From: Massalongia carnosa | Taxonomy: Eukaryota | Reading direction: 5' to 3' | Assembly (NCBI GenBank): GCA_965645245.1 | Contig: OZ287080.1 | Coordinates: 1,736,001 to 1,800,000 of the forward strand | DNA: 64,000 bases | Shown here: positions 1 to 10,567 of the stretch, piece after piece | Position numbering within the stretch: position 1 is the first letter of the stretch | Layout: each line of letters begins with the position of its first letter | The notes under the pieces: model-generated | Told to the model about the DNA's origin: nothing | Databases searched by the model: none | What the model saw: the letters and a program-made list of their open reading frames with translations, nothing else | Translations under genes and position numbers: made by a program

Positions 1-882
1 TCAATTTCGTACAAAGGTATTCAAATCTGCCTGGGAAAAAACTGGGTTGATATATTACAATCCGGAGGTAGTCTTGACCAAAATTCGTGCTTTAAATCCG
101 GCATTACCACCACTACCAATATTATCTTCGGAGACAAAAATCCTACCTCATACCCCCAAAAAGCCCAAAGACGTTGCTAAGGAAGGGGAAATATTTTTCA
201 ACGAATGAATAATAATGAAGAAATTACTCCAGAAAGAATGCGACGTTTTATCAAAGGGTCGGTTGCAAACGCTAGTTTACTAGAATTGACGCAACGCGAC
301 TTGCAAGCCACACATACAGCTGCATTAGCTAAAAGGGCCCGAAAAAAGCTTGCTGGCACCGTTGTTCAGAAGGGAGGAATCGTTACCGTTCGATATGTGA
401 GGCACAATCACCTACATCGTACCCAAGAAGAGGTGGGAAGGGAAGGGGGTCGTCAAAAGCGTGCTGAGACGGCTAGACAAAAGAAAATATTTCTCTATAG
501 AAAAGCGATAGCTAAACGGTTTGGCTTGGTAGGTAAAAAAGCCGAAAGCTGGATATGTGACGAAGCGAGATAGTGAATAGATTTTTACCATTGCGCCACC
601 TATCCTCCCGACCAAAAGACACAATACTTAGTCCGCAGACCAAGCTCTATTCTACTATAACTGGGACTCCTGCTATGTTCGCTGTAGGTCCTGCCGTCCG
701 CACCACGCATGGTCGAACCTTACAGGATAGATGAATATCAACCTTTGATTTTAAATAGCTTCATTTTGAAAGGGTCAATCAAAATGCGTCCTGGAGATGA
801 TAGCGTCATGGAGGTGAGCCGCACCCCTAGCTCCACTCGGGGTGCGGTCCATCGGATTTACCTCGGTCGCACAGTTAGTACG
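1..882 (+). mobile_element. 3' part of a pogo/Fot1 DNA transposon (degenerate transposase C-terminus and probable right TIR)
   Basis: Window start translates as 'KSAWEKTGLIYYNPEVVLTKI...HTPK', typical of the Fot1 post-DDE region, continuing after a frameshift into the basic ORF 205-573. TIR-like end CGGATTTACCTCGGTCGCACAGTTAGTACG at ~853-882. The left end lies outside the window. Confidence 0.6.
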
Positions 883-985
883 ATAGATAATATAAGGTAA
901 GATTGAATCGTCGATTGTTTTTTTTTTAAATTTTGTTGTATTCGTTTATAATATTCTCATGATTATTTTCTAAATAAATCATAAC

Positions 986-1472
986 TGTCATGAAATGCCT
1001 CCGACCTCACCACGTGCCTCTATCACGTGCCTTGATCTGATGACTACTCACGGACGTCGTGCCATGCCTTCGGGACCCTCATATCATTCTTCGAATTCGC
1101 CGATTACTGATCATTAATCAGCCTCGCATTGATGATTTATTCCCGTCTTTCGACTATTATCATGTCTAATAGCTTCGCATTGATGTTTGACATCTCCCGT
1201 CTCCTCGCTGACCCCATCGTGCTTATTGCCGCTATAATGCCCCTCATTCATCATCGCACTGACTAGACATCATTCGCCGCCACCCTAGAAAGATGAATAT
1301 GGGAGGACAAAGATATAAGAAAGAAGTCGAATCATGGAAGTTCTGATTCTTTGTCGAACGTCTTGAATAGCCAACCTAGCCTAGCCTAGATTCATAGCTA
1401 TAGACTCAATCAATAAGCTTGACCATCAACCCACCTTGCCTTTGCCCTTGCCCTCGACCTGATTTCGTGACA
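986..1472 (+). repeat. 5' LTR of element A
   Basis: TGTCATG...CGTGACA, repeated at 7180-7666. TATA-like GATATAAGA at ~1312. Confidence 0.97.
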
Positions 1473-1548
1473 TTACGTTCGACCAACATTCAAAAGTGCC
1501 TTCCATAGCATTTTCCCTCATCTCCCTTTATCTCATTCCCCCTCAATC

Positions 1549-2691
1549 ATGTCTTCAGCAGAAGAGAACCTCTCCGAGCTGGATAAGCGTATTCGATTCA
1601 TTCAGGAACGTCTTCAGGCAGACCCTCAGCAATTCCTGAGTCAAATGGACAACCTAGAAGCCGAAGTAAACCAACTTCGCAACAATGCCAATACCCCTTC
1701 TATTTCCGAGCCCATACCTATCTCAAATCCACCCCCCCCTACCTTGGATCCGCAAATCATGGCCATGATGCAGCTGCTCCTGGCGTCAAAAAACTCCCTC
1801 ATCCGCTCCGAAAAGCTCCCGGACATCACGGAGTATGAGGGCGAAGAAGTCAAGCTGGATGCGTGGGAGCAGTCCCTGATTCAAAGAATGCATGTCAACA
1901 ATGATCGATACCCGTTCGATCAAGCCAAAATTGCCTACGCCGAAAGCCGACTCACCATAGGCAAAAAGGCTCATAACCTAATGAATGCGTACAGGGTCGA
2001 TGGCCTTTGCATACTCACCTCATTTGCTGAATGGCGATCAGCCCTCCGCCGCGCATGCGGAAATCCCTACGAGCAGGAGGATGCTCGCAAATACCTTCGC
2101 GATATCCTCAAACAGGGAAGTAGTAGCTTCGAGGAGTACTACAACCTTTTTGCGCAGAAAAAAGACCGGTCCAAGATGGAAGATGCCAGCCTGATCGATG
2201 CCATGAAGGCAAATGTGAATTATTCAACCCAGACCGCAGCCCTAATGTATAGGGTCCCCGGAACCCAAAGGCAACCAACCACCTTCGACGAGCACGTCAC
2301 CATGTGGTTGGAGACAGATCGTGGCCTTCGGCAGATCCGCCACATTGCCCCAAAGGCGAACACCACCACTATCACCCCGACACCGAAAAAGCCAAACCCG
2401 TTATCAGCACTTCCCCCGACAGTCGCTCCCGCTGCCAAAGCACCTGTCGCTTCTCCCGCCTCCCCTGCGCTGCTCATTGGCGACCCCATGGACCTAAGCT
2501 CTGCCATGGCAGCGGTGAAAGGCCAATCGCTCAAAACCGAGGGGGTCCGCAAAATCTGCGAAGACTGGAAGTTGTGTTTCTACTGCAAATTGCAGCATCC
2601 AGGGAAGTCAGCAACTGACTGTCCCAACAAGCGAACCAACCTTCGGAGCATGGAGCTCGAAGCCCCTGATATTGATCAGGGAAAAGCCTAG
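1549..2691 (+). CDS. gag: Gag of element A
   Basis: 380-aa ORF with a retrotransposon capsid-like region ('LKQGSSSFEEYYNLF'), 'GDPMDLS' and zinc knuckle 'CFYCKLQHPGKSATDC'. Confidence 0.92.
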   Translation: MSSAEENLSELDKRIRFIQERLQADPQQFLSQMDNLEAEVNQLRNNANTPSISEPIPISNPPPPTLDPQIMAMMQLLLASKNSLIRSEKLPDITEYEGEEVKLDAWEQSLIQRMHVNNDRYPFDQAKIAYAESRLTIGKKAHNLMNAYRVDGLCILTSFAEWRSALRRACGNPYEQEDARKYLRDILKQGSSSFEEYYNLFAQKKDRSKMEDASLIDAMKANVNYSTQTAALMYRVPGTQRQPTTFDEHVTMWLETDRGLRQIRHIAPKANTTTITPTPKKPNPLSALPPTVAPAAKAPVASPASPALLIGDPMDLSSAMAAVKGQSLKTEGVRKICEDWKLCFYCKLQHPGKSATDCPNKRTNLRSMELEAPDIDQGKA

Positions 2692-2719
2692 TCTCTGCAA
2701 ATCGTCGCGTGCAGGGACT
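2679..2719 (+). promoter_or_regulatory. -1 ribosomal frameshift signal (slippery G GGA AAA plus stem-loop)
   Basis: Heptamer GGGAAAA at 2679-2685 in the gag frame. Stem AGTCTCTGCA/TGCAGGGACT at 2690-2719. pol is in the -1 frame and is open across this site. Confidence 0.8.
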
Positions 2720-5700
2720 CCCCCCCCTTCTCATTTCCTCATGTTTGATGGCCAGTTTTTCCCCCTCTTTGAGATCCAATACGCGATTTTCCGCAGCCTC
2801 CGCTTTGGAGCTGTTTGAATCAGATAAGACGTTCAGAGACAGTCACATGGTGATGACAGGTATCTTGCGATTATCTAGATCTAGGATTAGAACGTATAAT
2901 CTAATTGATTGTGGTGCATCTGGCTTTTCATTCATCGATGAGAAATTTGCGCATACTAACCAAATTCCCCTTCATCTTCTCAAATATCCCCGCCGGCTCG
3001 AAGGATTCGACGGCCAAAGGGCTCTATCCGGCAATATCACTCATGTGGCCGAAATCACCATGGATCTAGAAGGTCATGTAGAAAAACTCTTTCTATATGT
3101 CACCGGGTTAAAAAATTATCCCATTATCCTGGGCCATCCATGGCTCCGCCGGCATAACGCCATAGCCGATTTTGGGCATAATACGCTCACCTTTGCCTCC
3201 CCCTACTGCCTCACTCACTGTTGCCCCCACCCCGTCAAGCTTCAAGCCGTTGAGGAAGAATTCCTCACCCCAGCCGAGAGTCGAAAAATCTGGGATGAAG
3301 AGATCCTCGAAGACGCCCTAGGAAAAGTTATCAATCAAGACACGTCTATCAGAACGTCGATAACTTCTCTAGAAGAGGGGGAAGAAATTCCCACAATCAA
3401 AAATTCCATTCCTGACAATCCCGTCAAAATCGAGGAATCCATCCCTTTGTTCAAAACCGCGCCGCGCGATTTCACCTTAATCAAACCCGAAATCAATGAA
3501 CCCGAACCCCAGCCTCAAAACCCCACCGATGAACCCAGTCGCATTGAAAATGCAATCCAGCAAGGGCTTCCCCCCCCGAAAATCCGATACCGAAGCCCGT
3601 CCAAATTGCGGACATCCACCCAAAGACGTGCTCATCAAGCAGCACGCAAAACCACCCCGCAGATGAATGTCTGCGAAATCGGAGCTATCTCCTTCAATCG
3701 ACTGACTCGGAAGAAAAACCACGATAGTTTCGCCCTGTCCATGAAAGAAATTGACCTCTTTCTAGGAAAAACCAACCCCGAACCTCTAGTAATGAAAGCC
3801 TCACCTAGTTCAGCCCCCGATTTGATCGAAAAAGCCAAAAAACCCAGCCCAGCCTACCAACCATTGCCATCTCGAGCAAGCCCGCACGAGAAAGAAATCC
3901 ACCTAGCCTTATTTAAGATGAATAAGGCCCTAACCCTAGCCACCGCCGTGACTCGTGAAGAGTTAGACGCTTACCGAGAAAGTAAGAACGTCGACCCAGC
4001 CCCCCTTCTGCCCAAGCAATACCACGAATTCCTAGATGTCTTCTCGAAGAAGAAATCCGAAGACTTGCCCCCCCGCCGTCCCTACGATCATGCCATAAAC
4101 CTGAAAGAAGGTACGCAGGCCCCTAGTCAGGCCCTGTATGGTATGAGTCGTACCGAAATCGAGGAGCTCCGCCGCTACCTCGACGAAAATCTAGCCAAGG
4201 GATTTATTCGGGCTAGTCGCTCCCACGCCGCCTCCCCGGTGATGTTCGTGAAAAAGCCAGGTGGGGGACTTCGATTTTGCGTGGATTATCGTGCTCTGAA
4301 TGCCATCACGATTAAGGATCGCTATCCGCTGCCCTTGATCGCCGAGACCCTGCACCAATTAATCAAAGCCAAGATATTCACCAAGATAGACATCATCGCC
4401 GCCTTCAATATGCTCCGCATACGAGAAGGAGACGAAGAACTCACCGCTTTTCGCACTCGTTTCGGCCTTTTCGAGTCCTTGGTCCTACCCTTCGGCCTAT
4501 GCAACGGGCCCGCCTCATTTCAGCACTTCATCAACGATACGCTTCACGAGTATCTTGCTGACTTTTGCACTGCGTACCTAGATGATATCCTCATCTACAG
4601 TGACAATGAGCTGGAGCACGAGGTCCACGTCAAAAAAATCCTGTCTCGACTCCGAGATGCAGGCCTGCAAGCCGACATCACCAAGTGCAAGTTCCATGTC
4701 ACCGAAATTGCATACCTAGGGATGATCGTGACCACCGAAGGGATAAAAATGGACCCGGCCAAGGTGGAAACCGTCGTCAATTGGCCAAACCTCGTCAATG
4801 TGAAAGATGTGCAAAGCTTTCTGGGTTTTGCTAACTTTTATAGACGATTCGTGTATGGGTTTAGCGACATAGCTGGCCCCCTAACCAACCTGACCAAGAA
4901 GGAGACGGAATTCCTGTGGACTGACAAATGCCAATTGGCATTCGAAATGCTGAAAAAAGCTTTCACCTCCGATGTCATTCTCAGGCATTTCGACCCCGAT
5001 CGTCCCATCATCGTCGAAACCGATGCCTCCGACTATGTTTCGGGGGGCATTCTTTCTCAATACGACGATGATGGGATACTTCACCCCGTCGCCTACTTCT
5101 CAAAGAAGCACAATCCCGCCGAGTGCAACTACGAGATCTATGACAAAGAACTGATGGCAATCGTTCGATGTTTTGAAGAATGGCGACCCGAACTAGAAGG
5201 ATCTGCCTTCCCCATCAGCGTCATATCCGACCACAAAAACCTGGAGTATTTTGCCTCCACCAAGCAGCTCAGCCGTCGCCAAGCTAGATGGAGCGAATTT
5301 CTCTCTCGATTTGACTTCAAGATAGTCTATCGACCAGGAAAAGCCGGAGGAAAACCGGACGCTCTAACTCGTCGATCGGGAGATCTTCCTAAAGAAGGGG
5401 ATGATACGGACGAGCGAAGGAAATTTCAACACCAAACCATTTTGAAAACCGAAAACCTGGATGAGGAAGTCGCAAAAAGTTATTTGCGATCCATTCTTCT
5501 GGCACCAGCTTTCCTAGATGATGCAGATATCGAAGAAGCAGAACCTCAGCTAGATGAGGACCTCATCGATCCCGATGAGGATATCTCCACGGAGCTCCTC
5601 TGGGAACAAGCCCTGACACGAGACCAATTCGCCCCCGAAGTCCTGGAAGCCCTTCGTAATAACGAGAGGCATCACAATCGAATCCAATTAGCCGAATGCG

Positions 5701-7136
5701 AAGATAGGGACGGTATCTTGTATTTTCGAAACAAGAAATACGTACCTCGATCCGATCGTCTGAGGCTTCGTATCATTCAACTCGCTCACGATAGCGTCGC
5801 CGGCGGACATCCGGGCCGTTCCAAATGCCATGAGTTGGTAAATCGATCCTACTGGTGGCCCAGCATGCATCAGTCCATCAAGCGATTTATCCGAAACTGC
5901 CACACTTGCAGAAGATCAAAACCATCCCGCCAGCGCTATCAGGGCTGGCTACGCCCACTCCCCCCCCCCGAGCGCAGATGGCGGGATATTTCCATGGATT
6001 ATGTAGGCCCCCTGACCCCCAGCACCTTCATGGGAATCACTTATCGCTACATCTTGGTGGTTATAGATCGCCTGTCCAAGATGCGACATTTCATTCCTAT
6101 CACGTCCATGGAAGTTGAAGACGCCGCCGATGCGTTCTATCAGAATGTCTGGAAACTACATGGGCTTCCCGAAGCCATGGTTTCTGATCGTGGCCCCCAA
6201 TTCGTCTCCGATTTCTGGCAGCTCATGTGCAAGAGGCTGAAAATCGACGCCAATCTATCCACCGGATACCACCCGGAGACCGACGGGCAGACCGAGCGAG
6301 CCAACGCCACCATGGAGCACTACCTAAGGGCTTATGTCAACTACATGCAGGATGACTGGGCACAATGGCTTCCTGGCGCCGAATTCGCCAGCAATAACAC
6401 CGATTCATCTAGTATCCTAGCCTCCCCCTTCCTAGCCAACTTCGGGCAACATCCCCGCATGGGATTTGAACCGGAGGAACCCCTGCCGCAAGACCTAACC
6501 GCTCAGGGCAGAGCAAACCTAGTTGCAGCCAATCAGTTCGTGAATAAGATGCAGGATATCGACACTCATCTTCGAGACGAAATGCTGATGGCCCAAGCTT
6601 CGTACGAAGCAACTGCAAATGCTAACCGACGTCCCTGCCCCCGCTATTTCGTTGGCGATATGGTGTGGCTAAGCACCAGAAATATCCAAACCGCTCGCCC
6701 CACAGTCAAGCTGGATGACCGAAATATCGGCCCCTACCGCGTCAGCAAGGTGTTTTCCAACCCCTTGATCGTACAGCTGGAGCTTCCCGATACCGTCAAA
6801 ATCCATCCCGTCTTTCACGTCAATCTGTTGCAGCATGATGCCAATGACCCCCTCCCCGGGCAGAGACCGGAGCCTAGAGACCCCGTCATCGCCGAAGATG
6901 GCCAACGAGAATGGTATGTCAATAGGGTATTGAATTCCAAGCTCGACCGACGTTTTCAACCCCCGCTTCTGAAATACCTAGTGGATTGGGAAGGGCATCC
7001 TTCCACCTGGGAGCCTTTCAACTATCTCATCAATTGTCAGCAAGTCATAGACGAATACCACCAAGCCTATCCCAATGCGGCCGGCCCTCATCTAAACCCC
7101 TGTCAAATTCCCCGTTGCCAATGCCACGAGGCATAG
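2709..7136 (+). CDS. pol: Pol polyprotein of element A (protease-RT-RNase H-integrase-chromodomain)
   Basis: LIDCGA (protease), YLDDILIYS (RT), ETDASD/YDKEL (RNase H), H..GH/CHTC, SDRGPQF and ETDGQTE (integrase), GPY, C-terminal chromodomain 'WYVNRVL...YLVDWEG..STWEP'. Confidence 0.97.
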   Translation: MQGLPPLLISSCLMASFSPSLRSNTRFSAASALELFESDKTFRDSHMVMTGILRLSRSRIRTYNLIDCGASGFSFIDEKFAHTNQIPLHLLKYPRRLEGFDGQRALSGNITHVAEITMDLEGHVEKLFLYVTGLKNYPIILGHPWLRRHNAIADFGHNTLTFASPYCLTHCCPHPVKLQAVEEEFLTPAESRKIWDEEILEDALGKVINQDTSIRTSITSLEEGEEIPTIKNSIPDNPVKIEESIPLFKTAPRDFTLIKPEINEPEPQPQNPTDEPSRIENAIQQGLPPPKIRYRSPSKLRTSTQRRAHQAARKTTPQMNVCEIGAISFNRLTRKKNHDSFALSMKEIDLFLGKTNPEPLVMKASPSSAPDLIEKAKKPSPAYQPLPSRASPHEKEIHLALFKMNKALTLATAVTREELDAYRESKNVDPAPLLPKQYHEFLDVFSKKKSEDLPPRRPYDHAINLKEGTQAPSQALYGMSRTEIEELRRYLDENLAKGFIRASRSHAASPVMFVKKPGGGLRFCVDYRALNAITIKDRYPLPLIAETLHQLIKAKIFTKIDIIAAFNMLRIREGDEELTAFRTRFGLFESLVLPFGLCNGPASFQHFINDTLHEYLADFCTAYLDDILIYSDNELEHEVHVKKILSRLRDAGLQADITKCKFHVTEIAYLGMIVTTEGIKMDPAKVETVVNWPNLVNVKDVQSFLGFANFYRRFVYGFSDIAGPLTNLTKKETEFLWTDKCQLAFEMLKKAFTSDVILRHFDPDRPIIVETDASDYVSGGILSQYDDDGILHPVAYFSKKHNPAECNYEIYDKELMAIVRCFEEWRPELEGSAFPISVISDHKNLEYFASTKQLSRRQARWSEFLSRFDFKIVYRPGKAGGKPDALTRRSGDLPKEGDDTDERRKFQHQTILKTENLDEEVAKSYLRSILLAPAFLDDADIEEAEPQLDEDLIDPDEDISTELLWEQALTRDQFAPEVLEALRNNERHHNRIQLAECEDRDGILYFRNKKYVPRSDRLRLRIIQLAHDSVAGGHPGRSKCHELVNRSYWWPSMHQSIKRFIRNCHTCRRSKPSRQRYQGWLRPLPPPERRWRDISMDYVGPLTPSTFMGITYRYILVVIDRLSKMRHFIPITSMEVEDAADAFYQNVWKLHGLPEAMVSDRGPQFVSDFWQLMCKRLKIDANLSTGYHPETDGQTERANATMEHYLRAYVNYMQDDWAQWLPGAEFASNNTDSSSILASPFLANFGQHPRMGFEPEEPLPQDLTAQGRANLVAANQFVNKMQDIDTHLRDEMLMAQASYEATANANRRPCPRYFVGDMVWLSTRNIQTARPTVKLDDRNIGPYRVSKVFSNPLIVQLELPDTVKIHPVFHVNLLQHDANDPLPGQRPEPRDPVIAEDGQREWYVNRVLNSKLDRRFQPPLLKYLVDWEGHPSTWEPFNYLINCQQVIDEYHQAYPNAAGPHLNPCQIPRCQCHEA

Positions 7137-7179
7137 ATAAGATGGCATCGCAGGAGCTCTGCCTTGAAGGGGGAGCTAC

Positions 7180-7666
7180 TGTCATGAAATGCCTCCGACC
7201 TCACCACGTGCCTCTATCACGTGCCTTGATCTGATGACTACTCACGGACGTCGTGCCATGCCTTCGGGACCCTCATATCATTCTTCGAATTCGCCGATTA
7301 CTGATCATTAATCAGCCTCGCATTGATGATTTATTCCCGTCTTTCGACTATTATCATGTCTAATAGCTTCGCATTGATGTTTGACATCTCCCGTCTCCTC
7401 GCTGACCCCATCGTGCTTATTGCCGCTATAATGCCCCTCATTCATCATCGCACTGACTAGACATCATTCGCCGCCACCCTAGAAAGATGAATATGGGAGG
7501 ACAAAGATATAAGAAAGAAGTCGAATCATGGAAGTTCTGATTCTTTGTCGAACGTCTTGAATAGCCAACCTAGCCTAGCCTAGATTCATAGCTATAGACT
7601 CAATCAATAAGCTTGACCATCAACCCACCTTGCCTTTGCCCTTGCCCTCGACCTGATTTCGTGACA
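7180..7666 (+). repeat. 3' LTR of element A
   Basis: Direct repeat of 986-1472, followed by TSD ATAAC. Confidence 0.97.
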
Positions 7667-7958
7667 ATAACAATATTTAAAGGGTACGGATAGAAGCACA
7701 CCCCTTTGGTTACCCACACACCCCCCTCGGTTACCCACACACCCCCCTCGGTTACCCACACACCCCCGGTGGTTACCCACACACCCCCGGTGGTTACCCA
7801 CACACCCAACCCTAAAGTAGCTTAAGTTTGAAAAGTTTCTTCGGCCACTTTCCCTTATCGGGTGACCATCTTTCCTAACTAGGGAATTTTGATCCTGCAT
7901 CTTCATTCTGCGTTTTCCCTGCATTGATACCCCGCATTACTGACGCCATGTCGTCATC

Positions 7959-10022
7959 ATGAGTCTTCGTCCTCCAGAAGATGGACAATCCTTCGAATCA
8001 CTGGATGACCTTGTTATTCGTGTTAATGAGCATGCCGCCCCACAAGGATATGCCATCGTGTTAAGCCGGACCAAGAAATCGAAACTCGGAATAAGAAGAA
8101 AGGCCTGGTTGATTTGTGATCGAGGAGGAAAGCCCCAGGGACAGGAAAGATGTCATACCAGCAGTAGATGCATAGAATGTCCGTTTCTTCTGACTGCCAA
8201 GCGAATGGAAGAAGATGGAGGTGCCTGGATTCTGGAGGTGGTAAATGAGGAACATAATCATTCGTCCAGTCTCGCTGGCGCCCATCCGGTTCATAGAAGA
8301 ATGGCGATGACAGCAGAAGTGAAAAGTGTGATATCTCGTCAATTAACAGTGCAAGTAGCACCTTCCAAAGTTTAATCTAGTCTTCGCATTCCTGATCCCA
8401 CTTTGGGATCAGTCAACACGGACGATCCGGCCGATCCTCAGATTATTAATCCTCTTTTCAAACCTCGAGATATCTATAATCACAAAGCTCAGATGCGTCG
8501 CGACATTCTGGGACCGCTTACCCCCGTGCAGGCATTGATTCAAGAGTTGGATCGAGGGCATTGGACATACCACATGCAGAAAGATGAGCTGAATCGCATC
8601 ACTCATCTCTTCTTCGTCAGAGAAAGCTCCCAAACTCTTCTGAAGACAAACTATGAGGTGTTGGTAATGGACTGCACCTACAAGACAAATCGATATCGCA
8701 TGCCTCTTCTTATTGTAAGTGGTCAGACCAGTCTGCATACAAATTTCTATGTGGCTTTCTGTTTCATGGCATCAGAAACCACCGCCGATTACACGTGGGT
8801 ATTGTCTCATCTGAAGGCATTGTATTTGCAACTCGAACTTCCTGATCCAGTCGTTATCGTCACTGATATGGAACGTGCTTTGATGTCCGCTATTGATCAG
8901 ACTTTTCCGAACACTAATCATCTTCTTTGCATTTGGCACATCAACAACAACATCGTAGCCAGTTGTAAGAAAAGCTTTGATACCAAAGAAGCATGGGATG
9001 CCTTCTTTGCTGAATGGAAATCCATCGTATACGCCACTACCGAACCGGAATTCTGGCAACTATGGGGGCGGTTTTGTGGTACGATTCCTGGAAATTGCGT
9101 GGAGTATATCACCTCAACTTATTTGTCTTTTCGGCATCATTTCGTCAAATGCTACACTAACAAGATGTTGCATTTTGATACCACGACGACATCTCGAGGT
9201 GAAGGCGGTCATGCAGTTTTGAAACGTCAGCTGGGATCATCGACCGGAGATCTGAAGACGGTGGTGGATGGCATCAACTTACTATTGATCAATGAACTTC
9301 ACAACTATCTTATTACATTCAACGAAGCCAGAGACCGACTTCCCATGGATCTTCAAAAACCAGTGTTTCAGCGATTAACCGGATTCGTCACCCCTCATGC
9401 CCTACGAAAGATGCTTCTTCAGTACAATCTTGTGGTCGGACGACCCATAGTATTGGGGCCTTGCACCCATGCTTACACCATCACAACTGGACTTCCATGT
9501 AGTCATAAAATCCAGGAAAGGTTGTATGAGGAAGGAAGTCTGTTGATTGAAGACGTTCATCCACATTGGAGGTAGGTTATTGGATACATTCAGAGTTTCC
9601 CTGCGATTACTAACTATTGTAGGTTTCAGAGAACCATGCCTGCCAATACGAGGAATGACTTACTATTGGTGCAAGAACCGGAGATGGCAAGAACTCGAGG
9701 ACGTCCTCAAGGAGCTGAGAATCTCAACAGAAGGACCATAGCATTTGAGGCCTCTACCAATCGAGTACCTTCTCAATTCGAACGTGTCGAGATGGAGACA
9801 GCTGGGATAAACGAGATAGTCGATCCAGAGGTGGAACGTGTTATACAAAGAGCCGATCCAGCACCCGGAAAACGAGGAAGGCCACGAGGTCGACCCCGAG
9901 GTATAGGAAAAGGGGCGGGACAAGGTGGAAGAAAGAAACAACCGAAATCAGCTGGCATGGGGGGACAATCAGAATTAGCTGGCACGGGGGGACAATCAGA
10001 ATTAGCTGGCACGGGGGGATAA
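7959..10022 (+). pseudogene. MULE transposase with an in-frame stop
   Basis: FAR1/WRKY-like N-terminus (CDRGG...CPF...HNH), then TAA at 8373-8375, continuing in the same frame with MDCTYKTNRY, VTDME, LCIWH, EGGH and TGLPCSH. Intron 9572-9622. AT-hook-like RGRP tail. Confidence 0.88.
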
Positions 10023-10070
10023 TCAGAATTAGCTGGCACGGGGGGATAATCAGAATCAGCTGGCACGGGA
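9947..10070 (+). repeat. 27-bp tandem repeat (QSELAGTGG) in the MULE transposase tail
   Basis: About 4.5 copies of AATCAGAATTAGCTGGCACGGGGGGAC. Two copies carry CAA>TAA. Confidence 0.9.
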
Positions 10071-10567
10071 TACAGGCCACAGGCGGAGTAGCTAGGCTGC
10101 AAAAAGACTGGTCTAATCAAATCGTGGTCTGATTGACGAAGATGGTCTCAATCGACTCCGTTTGAAAAAGTTGGGTCAGAGCTGGCAAGGGGTGTACAGC
10201 TAGGCACGTGCCAGGTGATTAAATAAAATATTAGGTTGTGGGGAAAAGTTTAACGGCTTAACCTAGTTAGGAAAGGTGGTCAGCCAATAAGGGAAAGTGG
10301 CCGAAGAAACTTTTCAAACTTAAGCTACTTTAGGGTAGGGTGTGTGGGTAACCACTGGGGGTGTGTGGGTAACCGAGGGGGGTGTGTGGGTAACCAAAGG
10401 GGTGTGCTTCTATCCGTACCCTATTTAAAAATCAATATTAAGATTTTCAAACTTTATCAAGTATATAAGAAAGTTTATTTTTTCTTTAATTAGATTTCTC
10501 GCGATTAACTCACTAGTAATTCAGATAAGAATCATTTCATTTCATTGCAAGTGATAATCGTCTCAGT

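Larger units (their letters stand above)
986..7666 (+). mobile_element. Full-length Ty3/Gypsy chromovirus LTR retrotransposon (element A)
   Basis: 487-bp LTRs (986-1472, 7180-7666; TG...CA) that look identical by eye. 5-bp TSD ATAAC at 981-985 and 7667-7671. PPT GAAGGGGGAG before the 3' LTR. Intact gag and pol. Confidence 0.97.
7682..10421 (+). mobile_element. Mutator-like (MULE) DNA transposon 1
   Basis: Long TIRs GGGTACGGATAGAAGCACACCCC... (7682-~7883 and ~10262-10421) with internal 21-bp tandem repeats. 8-bp TSD TATTTAAA at 7674-7681 and 10422-10429. Confidence 0.93.

Noticed and set aside
7708..7812. 21-bp repeat array as a CRISPR array or telomeric repeat
   Set aside because: No unique spacers; it is mirrored at 10331-10395 as part of the MULE TIR. 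The ORFs over it (7600-7809, 7604-7924) are artefacts.
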